In this document: positions 40,777-54,100 of the stretch, piece after piece
Position numbering within the stretch: the first letter of the stretch is position 1
Layout of the letters: the number at the start of each line of letters is the position of its first letter
Source: Mizuhopecten yessoensis
Taxonomy: Eukaryota
Length of the DNA: 64,000 nt
NCBI RefSeq assembly: GCF_002113885.1
Contig: NW_018408906.1
Span: 656,890-720,889, forward strand
Direction: 5' to 3'
Position numbers and translations under genes: made by a program
Notes under the pieces: generated by a model
The model's input: the letters and a program-made list of their open reading frames with translations, nothing else
What the model was told of the DNA's origin: nothing
Databases searched by the model: none

Positions 40777-41099
40777 AGTAACCTCCCCTTAAATTCCATT
40801 TGGATGTATATAGCTAGACAACTTTCGTTGACCAGGTGGTAGTTCAATCGATAAGAGCGATAGTATAACAATTTTAAGCCAATGGTTCGAATCCCGTTCT
40901 GGCCCCGCTAAACTTTTACAACCAGAATACTTTTTGTTTATTTATATTTTGTTAAAGTCACAATAGGTATGATTTTCCTTCCAGAAAAGATTTATCAAAG
41001 ATATAGTCATGCTGAAAAAAACAGTTTTGTGTGCACAGTAACAGTTTTTTTGGCAACTTTTTCTTGAAAAGCAGATTTGTTGATGCAAGGGAGGTAACT
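40777..41099. mobile_element. TIR-bounded non-autonomous element carrying a tRNA-like segment
   Basis: AGTAACCTCCCCTT (40777) vs AAGGGAGGTAACT (41087-41099); internal A box TGGTAGTTCAATCG and B box GGTTCGAATCCC. Confidence 0.6.
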
Positions 41100-42844
41100 C
41101 ATTATCGTAGAGATGTTTTAGTATGGAAACTGCGGTGAAGTGTAACAGGACCAGCCGAAATTATACATGAATCCAATCTTATGCTAAAGCCTGAATCCCT
41201 TGCTCCAACAAATTGTATTATAAATAACTAAAATAATGCGACACCGTGAAAAAGTTAAGTTTTGGCACGATCTATCGTCACTGTACCCAAATCGGGACAG
41301 TACCCAAAACTTATGGGAAAATGGCCAAAGTAGCTGTCATTCAATGCACAGAAGTACTTTTATGTATTCAGTTTTCATTTGATAATACCAGTCTAACTAT
41401 ATATACGCTTTATTGGCTGCTGATTATCGTTACATGGACCATTTAAAGGTAAAAATAATTACCAAAAACAAAAACTTTCCCGATTAACGTGCCGTGCGAC
41501 GCTATTTATGTGGATATCATTTTCAAAAGTCTATTTTATCAAAACTAATATGCTAGTTTGGAGAAGAAATTTGATCAGAACCCCGTTTGACTCTAAAATA
41601 TTTGAAATATGTCTACTTTTCTGCTGATATTAATTAATCGTTTATACCCAAATATTAGCCAAAATACCGAAATGTCCATTTCAGGGTACGCCAGTTCAAG
41701 GGCCTACGTACAATATGTAACCTTGATAGTATTTTGCATTCTATGTATAGAACCACGCGCCTAAAATATCAATATCAATTTAAGAACACATACTTTTTAT
41801 AAAACATGCGGGGTTTTTTCAGCATCTTAAGACTTCTCGCTCTGTTTCAAATTTAAATATTTTAAAATGTGAATATTGAAGTTATTTTGTGCGCATTGAA
41901 ATTCTTTGGGGACATTTTTATAAAATGTTTGCTCCAATTGTTTTTTTCCATTGGACATTTCCTCTCTTGAACATTGTTTTATACACACGTTTGTGTACTT
42001 CCATTTCCTTTTCTAATTATTTACAACGTGTGTTTATTGCACCACAAGGAAAGGCAGACAAACAACGTTATACGGAAAACTAAAACCCTCATGTTGATAA
42101 TGTTAAGTTCGGGAGTTATCATCAAATTTTGGGTGCGTAGAGTTTTCTGTAATTTAAGTCATTTAAAAAGTCAGGAACTTTTCTTTTTGCGGCTTTGATC
42201 AAGAAAGTTAATACTTCATTTATTTGTTGAGATAGTTGTTGAGAAATGCTTTCCTATCTATAAATCAATTTATCATATGTCGGTGGGTTCTTCATAATTC
42301 ACCATCCTTTCCCCAAAATGCAATTTTCTCTATTATACATCTTTGTTTTGTAAAACGAATGATCTTTTCTGTTTTCTTTATGTGTCGTTCTTGCTAAATC
42401 TTACAAGGAGACAGCTTAATAAAAGTATTAAACACTCATCAATGGTACATTATATGTAGTCATAAGTGCGACCGGTTCTTGGTATAAGGGAGGTAACTCT
42501 TTGTAAAAAGTCCTACTGGGGAAGATGGATTCGCCTCTGATGTCCGACTTCGCAAAATGAATGCAGCATCACTTTGAATAGCTAGAATTAAGCTGTAAAT
42601 GTAGAGAAAATGAATACAGCATTTTTTTCTAAAGTTCAGATTCTCGTTGCGCTAGAATAACGATAATTAACTTTTTACCAAAACTCATACGGATTGGACA
42701 GTTTTATGAACCTTTTGAAGCACTCTCCTCGTAAAACTTTTATACGTTTTACCATTAAAAATTAAATTTGTTATAGTCCGTTCATTAAATGGAAGAACGG
42801 AAGGGGGATAAATCCGTGTTTACTTTAAATTGAAATAGATTTTG

Positions 42845-43075
42845 AAACAAGAGGCTTAGAGGGCATGTATCGCTCACCTGGAGATCTCAACCATTTCAAA
42901 GTTATGACCCAATAATTAACTTGTCGTTCAGGGAGGTTCCAAATTTGTTCTATCTCACCAATCCTAGTGATGATTAATATCCGTGTAAAGTTTCTTAGAA
43001 ATAATTTCATCAGTAAAGAACTTTTGCTCAGGCAATGAAATGGTAATACTTTTAGGCGACAGACGGACGGATAGT
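42845..43075 (-). mobile_element. Helentron-associated/pearl-like non-autonomous element (short copy)
   Basis: AACAAGAGG-CTTAGAGGGCATGTATCGCTCACCTG is the reverse complement of the terminus at 58890-58922; GATCTCAACCATTTCAAAGTTATGACCC is shared; GACGGACGGA microsatellite at the other end. Confidence 0.7.
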
Positions 43076-46000
43076 GCCATATCTTCTAATACATTTGGTA
43101 GTCTGACCAAAGTTTCACGAAGTTGCTCAACTAAAAGTTATTCCTTAACTGAAATTTTCCCCAAAGTTAATCAGTATTAGATGAGATAGGGATACATTCT
43201 TTAACTCCAGTAATGCTTTCCTATGGAGCATCTTTGGTTTATAGAAAAAAAACTGTATTAAGGAACATATGTGAAACTGATGCCTGGAACTTAAGTTATT
43301 ATCTTTCGTCAAGATGGATGCGACATCCGAGGTCCGGTCACATTTAATCCCCGACCCTTGAAGAGCTAAGCCTGAAAGCTTGGAAAGAGTGACTTTTTAG
43401 TTTGTTAGCATTTTCTTTTAGTTTTTACTTTTAGTCTTACTTAAATTAAGGGTAGATATTGGATTTTGTTAAGATGATGGACAATTTCTTTTAAAGCCCC
43501 CTCCCACCAGCTACAAAATCATCAACCACCCTGGACTAAATGTGATGAACATTGAAAAGTAACATGGTTCTAGTTCCATAATACAAGTTCAGAGGTAATA
43601 ATTCTACATATTTTCCAATCTGGTACGCTACTGGGTTGATCAGTTTCTCTGTATGTTTCCCAGAACAAGGATGAACTGTGAAAATGATAATATGATTGTG
43701 TGTCTTGAGAACCCTTTTTTTCTCTCTACAATTTCTGGACGACAGGAAACACTTTTTCCAGAGAAAAATCACCAGAATTCCTACAAATTGTCAATGCAAA
43801 TAAAAACAAAAGGAGACATCTTCATGGAAAAAGCACAGATGATTTATTTTCATAACAGAAAAAATATCTTAATAATAGAAACCCCAATAAATATTTGTTG
43901 TGTAACACATCACAGGGGTCAGACTATATACCAATCCTTTATAGATTATTATTATTACATGTGTATTAATGTCTCTGTCCCCTGTGTTTTACACTGGAAA
44001 TCTCCTGCAGAACTACCTGTGGTAAATAGTATTGTAACCAACTAGCACTCCAGCAGTACCAAGTTAGGCCAAGTCAAAAATGGTAATGTTGCCGATTAAC
44101 ATTTATCCAGACCAGTTTTTGTCACCAAGCTATGATTAGTTGGATCATTGCAATGCAACACACACACCTTTCTACTTCAATCCAGATATATTAAATAATA
44201 AAAAAATCATCTTCAATACACACTAGTCGTTTCTGAATCACTTAACATGAAGGACAATTTTTATTTTCCTGGCCTCATTCGACCAATAAAGACATTCCAA
44301 GAAAATGGCAAACATAAATACAGTCATTATTGCGACAATCAGAGTTATTCAGGCCACAAAATAACATTTAGATAATGGTTTCTGCAATTAAAGGACTTTT
44401 CAAGGGTTTTTTTCCAAGTCAATTGTTAATGAATATTGCTGCAGATTAACTGGGTATTTCTATTCAAAATATCAGAAATAAAATACACAGCAATATTAAA
44501 ACTGCTATCAGATGCAAATAAATGCATGATGCAGAAGAAAACAGACTAGTATTTCAGATATTTAAATCCCTACTACCAAATTTGGACTATACATTTAAAA
44601 TGTTTACCATACTGTATAAGTGCTTAAATTTTGCCAAGGCTTTAGTAGATTCACTGCTGGGCATTTATAGCCTGAAATTTAAGTGAAATATATACTCAGT
44701 GAATCTCTTTCCCTTCTGGCAGGGAGTTAATAAAGACTATAGACTATTAATAATGTTGTGGAGAAATTGAAATCTGTGAATTGGTTTCATCCAAGCAAAA
44801 TCAGAACACTATACATGTACAGTTAACATAAACATACTGTATAATGAAAACTTTTAATAACAATGTAGAATTTAAGATAAATTAATACAAAATGACAGAA
44901 TATTCATTCAAAGTACATCCATGTGTCAGAATTAGAAAGTGAAAAACTATCAAATGTCTTGATGTTGTTTTTCAAACTTTGACATAACTTTGTACCAGAG
45001 AAAGAAAAAAGACTTAATTTTGACTTCTCTTACAGAATTTCAATTGGACTGTAGCTTAAAGTTTCAAAAACCACAGAATTCAGACATTTGTTAAAAAGAA
45101 TTAATGTTTATAGTCTTAATTATTCAATCTGCCCTTCTGACCAAATTAATACAAATGTCTACTTTTTTCTCTCTCTCTTTTTTTAAATAACTGAACCAGT
45201 CAGTAGCATTCTGGTTCAAAAATAAATATCATTTCAACCAACTGTCCATTTCTACCACATCTCCGCAATATTGTTTATAGCACTTTTTTTTTAACCTTTT
45301 CTGTTTAATTATTCCCATATAGTGAAGGCCAGTTGAGTATTACACCTGAATTACCTGGTGAATTTTACATGGTAAAATGCAGTTGGTTTTTTGGCAAAAA
45401 TATTGTAGGAAATCAACAATACAACAATGGATTTGTTTTGTCTGTCAGCAACAGAAATACATCCGGAAATAATACAATGTAACCATCTGACAAATGTCTT
45501 TTTATCACTTAAAAGTTTTCCTTCAATAAATCATATGAATGTAGCCCTTTTTCAATATTATAATAAGATTTGCACGAACACATTGCAAGTGTTTTTGTTA
45601 ATGAGAAAATGGAAAATGTGTTTTTCACAATTGTGCTTCATATTGATATATAGTCCCTGCTTCAATATTATGTCAGTGGGTTTATATTTACAACACATAA
45701 GAATTTGCAGTACTAGTGAACTCCCCCAGTGAAATAACCATGAATATAAATATATACATATGTCGAGAAGTTTATAAATTGTTTAACATAGTAATAAGAC
45801 GGAAAAAAAACCACGACAAATATTCAACCTATCTTCCTATGAACAAATATTTCACAATTCTATGGACATCAATGTCAATATGGACAAATGTCTTTGTTGA
45901 TAAATATCCTATTTATTCATCTAAAGGACAAAAATCTTAATATGGACAATATCATCCTGTATTCATTTTAACAAATCAACAACAAAAAAATCCAAACATC

Positions 46001-46304
46001 AATTCATGTGGACAATTATTCCCATGGACCATGTAATATTGTATATCCATGTGCACAAATATTTCCATGGACAAATGTTTCCATGTACATATCCAAATGG
46101 ACAAATACACTGTATTTGCACAGACCAATGTTACATTATTATCCATGTGAACCAGTCAATATTCCCATAGATAAATGAGTCCATGGGCCAGCCATAGCAG
46201 TTAAAGTAATTCTACGTGATCCTGTACAAACTATACTTGCATAGTTGTATTTAGTATTGGAATCTTAAGCTAGTCGAACCATTTGGTGTCTGTTTACATT
46301 TCTG

Positions 46305-46395
46305 AACCCTTTCACCCCTATGTAACTTTAGACTCTGCCATGCATTGATACCGATGAGTCCATTATAATTATGGTCTACAGTGGTGAAAGGGTTA
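46305..46395. mobile_element. ~90-bp MITE with piggyBac-like CCCTT termini
   Basis: AACCCTTTCACC ... GGTGAAAGGGTT inverted termini; second copy at 59051. Confidence 0.7.
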
Positions 46396-48008
46396 TTTTT
46401 AATAACCAAGATTTCCTAATTCAAATTCCTGTTAAAATTTAGGTAAACTAGGCAATTACTTGGATTTCACAAGATAAATGTATTTACCAGAGCAGAGATG
46501 ATCGTCGAATTTTTATTTTTGAAATTCAAATTTCCATAGTTATTTTCTTTTCTTTTCATTTTTTTTTAAAATCATTAAGAGTAACTTGTTTATTGCACAA
46601 TCAGGAAAATAAGTTTGCAAGGTGATTCATTGCAATATATTTTCTCCCAATTATGAAGATCCAAAATATTTTTCTAAAATGTGGAAGTCTGGATTATTTA
46701 GATCCAGATTACTGGATCAAAATTTTGGACTAAAATGACTGTAACTATTTGCACAGTGGGCCCCAGAAAGAAGTGCAAAAAATGCACCCCACCCCCCTCA
46801 ACTCTTCATCTGATTTTCTATGGAATGGCCCTAAGCTATGATGATGCATCACAAATCTCATGGAAATTTTTATCAAAATTTCTAGTCATACAGAAAATTT
46901 TAAAATTTGAGGGGAAATCATTCAATTAAATCAAAGATTTTCTTCTTTTAAAAGGATGTTAATATTCTACTGTTTTCAAGTCCTTTCAGATTTTTTCGTG
47001 TTTTTTTTTCAAATTCAAAAAGTAAAGCAAACCAAATACATATGTGTGATTAGAATACAACAGTTTAGTGCATAGTTGTAATTTTAACAATTTAAACTAA
47101 GTCTTATAAACGTCTTGGTTCTTAATTTCAAAAAAATGATATTAACCTTATCTCCACATTCTCAGAGAAAGATTGCCACTGATTTAACAGAAGTAGTACA
47201 ACTATTTCAAAACACTAAATACCATTAACACATTCTCACAAAACAAAACAAATATCAATAATAATGTCAAAGTTGAATAATTAATTGAGATGAGAGTTAC
47301 CTGTAAGAAACCTTGATTTTGAAAAAATGACAGAATATCAAAATATTGAGGACTTCTGTACATTCCTGTTACAAATTTCATTAATCACACTTTCTATATA
47401 CATGTGCAGAAGAAAATATTTCTTATTGTCAAAAATAAATTTTAAGAAATTTAAATTGAAACAAATCAGTGAGCTTTGTATTTTTGGGTATTTTTCTTTT
47501 TCAAACTTTAGGACCTTGCAACTTCTCTGTAAACAAATTATTTTTATCACTATTTTTTTTACTAAATTTTGTTACGGTCAAATACCTCTGCATGTTGAAA
47601 TGGGTTTGTGATTTTAGAACCTGTCATGGCATGACCATCTATTGACCTGCCTACCAGAAATAGACCTCACATGTTTGTTAGATGAACTGTATGAATTTTA
47701 TACACATATCCAACTGTATCATTCCTATAATGTTCAAAATGGAAGATTTTGAATTCCAGTCGATCTTCATTTGCATCATGCTCCATATAAAAATGTTTCA
47801 ATTCTTCTTGCCGAATTCCATATTTAAAATTTTGTTCACTTAAGATTGTTTTTCATTGCAAATAGCTATAATTTAGTCAGGTGACATAAACAGATTTTGT
47901 ATTCAAACTGAACGACATCACCTCAATTCCTTAATAAAGTCTTTTCAAGTATTTAAATCACCCAGTGGAGCTTTTCATATTCCACTCAACTACTCCGTAA
48001 GGCTTAAT

Positions 48009-48145
48009 TTAATCGAGTTCCACTGGGTTGATTTCTCGTGTTGAGGTTGTCATGCTGCTGGCCATACTTCCCCAACTGGAGGAGGACACCTGCATCATAT
48101 CCTCGTCATCGTCTCCCCCAGAGAACAGACTCTGGATCAAGTTAC
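48009..48145 (-). CDS. GET4: GET4 coding exon 9 (terminal)
   Basis: [44 protein letters not shown]; TTTTACAG| acceptor, TAA stop. Confidence 0.94.
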
Positions 48146-51100
48146 CTGTAAAATAGTTTCAGTATCAATTTACCTGTATAACAAACACTTGATCAGTTCT
48201 CAAACCTGAATCATAATAACATACACAGTTTTACCTTTAAACTTATATTGCATCTGGTATGTGTATTAGTGCTGAGCATAATTATACTGTATGTCCAAAA
48301 TTTGATATTGACTACAGAAATTTTCATACGACAGTATCAGCACTTCGGAGGCTGACAATACAGTTAATAAACCAGTACATTACTGGACAAGGAGTCCACA
48401 CATTTCCTCAGAAACCAATCTTGTTTGTACAATATTTTGACTTTTAATCAGAATATTGTTCAATTTGATGGTAAACATTTTGTTTTGAAATTCAGATTAT
48501 TGGAACAGTACAAACATACACTGTATCAATACATTAATATGTATACAAATGTAGAATATATGTACAAATGTATGCTGTATCTCATTCTGGCAATACTAGC
48601 CTTGACATTTTGGTATGATCCCAAGTTGCAGGAAAATAATGAAAGTTGTGGAGACACAAGCATTATTACAACTACTGGATTCTTCCAATGGCATACATGC
48701 ACTTGTTCACGAGAGTTTTAATTTGCACCATACCATAGAAAGTCACATGACACAACCAATTCTCTGTTTCACAAAGGAACAATAACTGTATAATTAATTC
48801 AATGTTAAATTAAATTTTTGAATAAATATATATTCAAAATAGAAAAACCTGTTATATACAAACTCTGTAGAGTAATAAACAAATAAACAATCAACACATT
48901 TCAACACAAACTCTATAAAGTTTTGAATGTGTGTTAATGATATGAGTAAATACACAAATCATTGGTCAACGGGTTAAATGTAATGGTGATATTCTACTTA
49001 CCAATTAGTCCCTGAGAAGGTGCCCTCGGAGGAGGAACTCCGAAAAACACTTGTCCAATTTTATCTAAGTACTGTAAAACATAAATCACAAAATTAATTT
49101 TCCAGTATTAAAATAGAATGCTTTAATTATCTTTTGAATTGAACAAATCATATATTTGTTTCACACAGAATGAACATATATAGGAATATCATCGTAACTT
49201 TTGGCAAAAAGTTACTCATGGCTAAACCCTTTATTCTAAAACTTCCTCCTGAAAAAGGGAACTGTTCTTTTAGACACCGACACCTGCGTAACCAGACCCT
49301 GCATGACCCTGAATCCTGCATAAACCAGATCTTAAACCAGGTCCCATTGTTAAAATTTTCATGTTAGTCAAATGAATATTTGTTCGTAGAAAACTTGTCT
49401 AGTCTAAACAAAGGTAAATAATCAATCGTGAACAGTGTGGTGTTCAAAATATACAGGTTTCACTGTGGTGTTGAAAGCTCTACAAGTTGCTACTGATAGT
49501 CTTCAGTGAAGTCTGTTTTAGATTGAACTAGTGGTTGTATACCATGAATTACTGCAAGGCTTTGAAGACTAACTTTATTTCCTCATACCTCTTCATATGT
49601 AGGATTTATCTTTGTAAATATTCATTACTGTAGTCTGTAAGTAAATACAGTGTAAAAGTGACAAAAGATGTGCTCTTATTTGATATCATATTTCCATTTA
49701 AATTATAAAAGACCTCTTTTTATAGAGGGTTTTTTCTTCTTCAAGTACATAAAGGTGATCAACAGTTTTCTTACCTCTTTATATAAGAGCTCTCTTTATA
49801 GACGGTTTTTATAAGTATTAAAATTAAAGGGATTGACAGTTTTCTTACCTCTTTATATAAAAGAGCTCTCTTTATAGACGATTTTTATAAGTATTAAAAT
49901 TAAAGGTCATTGACAGTTTTCTTACCTCTTTATATAAAAGCGCTCTCTTTATAGACGTTTTTTATAAGTATTAAAATTAAAGGGATTGACAGTTTTCTTA
50001 CCTCTTTATATAAAAGAGCTCTCTTTATAGACGTTTTTTATAAGTATTAAAATTAAAGGTGATCAACAGTTTTCTTACCTCTTTATATAAAAGCGCTCTC
50101 TTTATAGACGGTTTTCATAAGTATTAAAATTAAAGGGATTGAGTTTTCTTACCTCTTCATATGAAAGCGCTCTCTTTATAGACGGTTTTTATAAGTATTA
50201 AAATTAAAGGGATTGAGTTTTCTTACCTCTTTATAGACGGTTTTTATAAGTATTAAAATTAAAGGGATTGACAGTTTTCTTACCTCTTTATATAAAAGCG
50301 CTCTCTTTATAGACGGTTTTCATAAGTATTAAAATTAAAGGGATTGAGTTTTCTTACCTCTTCATATGAAAGCGCTCTCTTTATAGACGGTTTTTATAAG
50401 TATTAAAATTAAAGGGATTGAGTTTTCTTACCTCTTTATAGACGGTTTTTATAAGTATTAAAATTAAAGGTGATCGACAGTTTTCTTACCTCTTTATATG
50501 AAGGATCTCTCTTTATTGATGTTTCATATTTTTCACATAAGATAGTAAATACTGTAAGGCGTCCCCTGTAACATTACAAAATACAGTCAAGTGTACATTT
50601 AACCTTGTACAATACAATGATATTCATGCTAAATATCTTGAGTAAGTTTCCATTTCATATGAGACTCATTAAATGAGCCTTAGGTTTGCATAATTTTATA
50701 ATTTATACACAGGATTGCTACTACCATATCCACTCAGCTTTTTCTATGCCTGGTAATAAGGCCACCCTTTTAATTACAGTTCAGTAGAAAAATACTAGCT
50801 AGAATTTCAACAAGTTATTTTTTCTTCCCCCTGGGCTTAATGTAGGATAAATACGGTACTAAATGCCATCTGGTGGAATAGTAGTTTAAGTTTTGTCGGA
50901 CAGAATGAGATATGGTGGCAGCAAGGATTTTTGTCTATCCATCTCCACCCAATTTTTTGACACAACTCAGTTGGTGAAACATATATAAATAGAGAATTTA
51001 ATTTCCTTTCAGACGAAGCAGCTTACCCTTCCAGTGCTAGCAACAGAAACCATATAAAGTTAAGTAGTGGATGGATGTAGGGTGATCCCCGCTTCACCTG

Positions 51101-54100
51101 AGGGTGGTTTTTTGTGAATGTCTGAAAGGCATCATTTGCCGTTTCCTTATTCTGGAGACACAAATATCTGAAATTGATAAGATATTCAATTGTAATACAT
51201 GTTTGAGTTGGCACAACCATCAATGCCACAAATACCCTTAAGATGTCTCAAAAGTGAACATGCACAACATGGGACCAAGGGGAACCTTCATATCAAATTT
51301 GAGAAAGATCCCTTCAGTACTTTCTGAGAAATAGCAATAACAACAGCTCTAATTGTGGATGGACGGACAGTGGATGGACGACGGACAGACAACGGACAGA
51401 CAACGTACGACTGACAATGGACAAATCACAGACAAAGGGCGATTTGAATAGCCCACCATCAGATGATCGTGGGCTAAATAGTTTATAGGTATTTGAATAT
51501 ATAAAGGGACCTGTGTCTTTATTATTCAACCAACTAACATCAGACAGCTGTGCTTCATTGATTATGCAACTTAGGCCAAAAAAACAACACTTGGTTCTCA
51601 GGCCCACGCACATTTCATTTAAGGGCACCGCATTGCCGATTTTATCGTGAAAGTAATAAAAAAATCAATTGTGAATGCACCAGCCGCTTCTTAAAAGAAA
51701 TCCGGAAATTGGTCTGCATGTCGTTTTTACTCTTTAGTCACCCAAGTCCCGAGAACGTTTGAATAAAGAACAGGAAATTGATAGACAGGCAAGCGTTAAA
51801 ACGATTATGACTTATTAATCTTGTATACAAATGGCGGTCATTAAGGTACAAATAAGGAATGGGGGGGTCCGTGATTCTTACCTGGAACATTTTGGGGGGA
51901 TTTTCGGAGGCTTGCTCCATGACGGATCTCTATACAACTATAAAAAACTTAAACATCGATCTGGGACAACGATAAACTCTATTTGCTAAAGTATCTGTGT
52001 GTGTTGGGTGACAAAAAACAGAAACATTTGATAAGGTATTGCCCACAATGAATGTTTTACAAACTACACAATAAAAAAAAATCGCCCTCATCTCATTTTT
52101 GCCATGTAAAATGGAGAAGAAAAAAATACCTCCCTGCCTCTTCTCTTATGAAAAAAAATGGCCTGAGAACAAAGTAAAAAAAATGTTTTGCCTTACAGTC
52201 TGCACTATAACATTGTCTATAACTTACTGTAACACAGCCTGCGCTATAAACATGTCCACCTCTGACGTATAGCCTCTCATCAAGTGGTACTCTATCAACA
52301 TTGTAGCACATCCCTTGCCATCGGTAGAATGGAGGAAGTGATACCTAGCTTGCACATAATTTTTTTCTACAACGACAAATCCAACATTCAGTACATTTCA
52401 TTAGCATTGGACATCATTTGTACACATACTGCTAAAGTGCTTCAAACAGTTGCGAATATAATTATATTCTGGATCAAGGAAAGTCCAGATTAAAAGAAGA
52501 GCAGTGATAAGAATTATATTCTGGATCATGGAAAGTCCAGATTGAAAGAAGAACAGTGAATATAATTATACTCTGGATCAAGGAAAGTCCAGATTGAAAG
52601 AAGAACAGTGAATAGAATTATATTCTGGATCAAGGAAAGTCCAGATGGAAAGAAGGACAGTGAATATAATCATATTCTGGATCATGGAAAGTCCAGATTA
52701 AAAGAAGAACAGTGAAAATAATTATATTCTGGATCAAGGAAAGTCCAGATTGAAAGAAGAACAGTGAATATAATTATATTCTGGATCAAGGAAAGTCCAG
52801 ATTGAAAGAAGGACAGTGAATATAATCATATTCTGGATCATGGAAAGTCCAGATTGAAAGAAGAACAGTGAATATAATTATATTCGGGATCAAGGAAAGT
52901 CCAGATTGAAAGAAGGACAGTGAATATAATCATATTCTGGATCATGGAAAGTCCAGATTGAAAGAAAAACAGTGATAAGAATTATATTCTGGATCATGGA
53001 AAGTCCAGATTGAAAGAAGAACAGTGAATAGAATTATATTCTGGATCAAGGAAAGTCCAGATTGAAAGAAAAACAGTGAATATAATTATATTCTGGATCA
53101 AGGAAAGTCCAGATTAAAAGAAGAGCAGTGATAAGAATTATATTCTGGATCATGGAAAGTCCAGATTGAAAGAAAAACAGTGAATAGAATTATATTCTGG
53201 ATCAAGGAAAGTCCAGATTGAAAGAAAAACAGTGAATATAATTATATTCTGGATCAAGGAAAGTCCAGATGGAAAGAAGGACAGTGAATATAATCATATT
53301 CTGGATCATGGAAAGTCCAGATTGAAAGAAAAACAGTGAATATAATTATATTCTGGATCATGGAAAGTCCAGATTGAAAGAAGAACATAATCTTCTGTTT
53401 ATCTATTTCAAAGTTTGATTCACCTTCCCAGAACAGTAGGCCTATCTTCTGGTGCAGATCAGGGTGTCCGAGTTTGTGCTGCTGGTTGTCCACTTTAGTT
53501 GACCACCTGATGGACGCTACCATGTACTGGTGACGTTCCTGACAGTCTGGGTTCATGGCACGGAATAACTTCACCACTTTGTCTTTGAAAAAAAAAAAAA
53601 GAAGAATGTTTACATCGTTGTAAAAAAAACCTCCAAGACAATGTTTAACTACACATTAAGAATGGCAAATGGCAAAGGGAGAATCATATTGAGATTTCTG
53701 CAAAACAACATTTTCATTGGGCACATGTTTTTTTGTATTATGTCATTTATATGGAGAAATCTTTGATAGGCCTCCGCAAAAATATTACTTTGGACTCAAG
53801 AATATTTCCAAATATGAGATAATTCATGTATATGGACATTTTATAACAAAGTAATAGATTGAGATAGAGAACATAATCTTGTGTACCAATGTTGTCATCT
53901 GTCACAGGAGTCATGGCCGTGTTAAGTAGTTCTATCATCAGCATGGCTAGGTCTGCTCCACTGGAATGCTGTAATTGATAAAAAAATCCATATTATATAT
54001 CTGCAGCTGTACAGCTGTTTTAAGAGTGAAAATGAAATTTCCTGTTACTCGCAGTGGTCCATATCCACTAGGAGATACCTTTCTCTTATTCTACTCATTT

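Noticed and set aside
40830-40904. Functional tRNA gene
   Set aside because: Anticodon stem does not pair and the acceptor stem is mismatched; treated as a tRNA-derived repeat
43653-44045. 130-aa ORF on plus strand
   Set aside because: No recognisable motif, composition like AT-rich non-coding DNA, no partner exons
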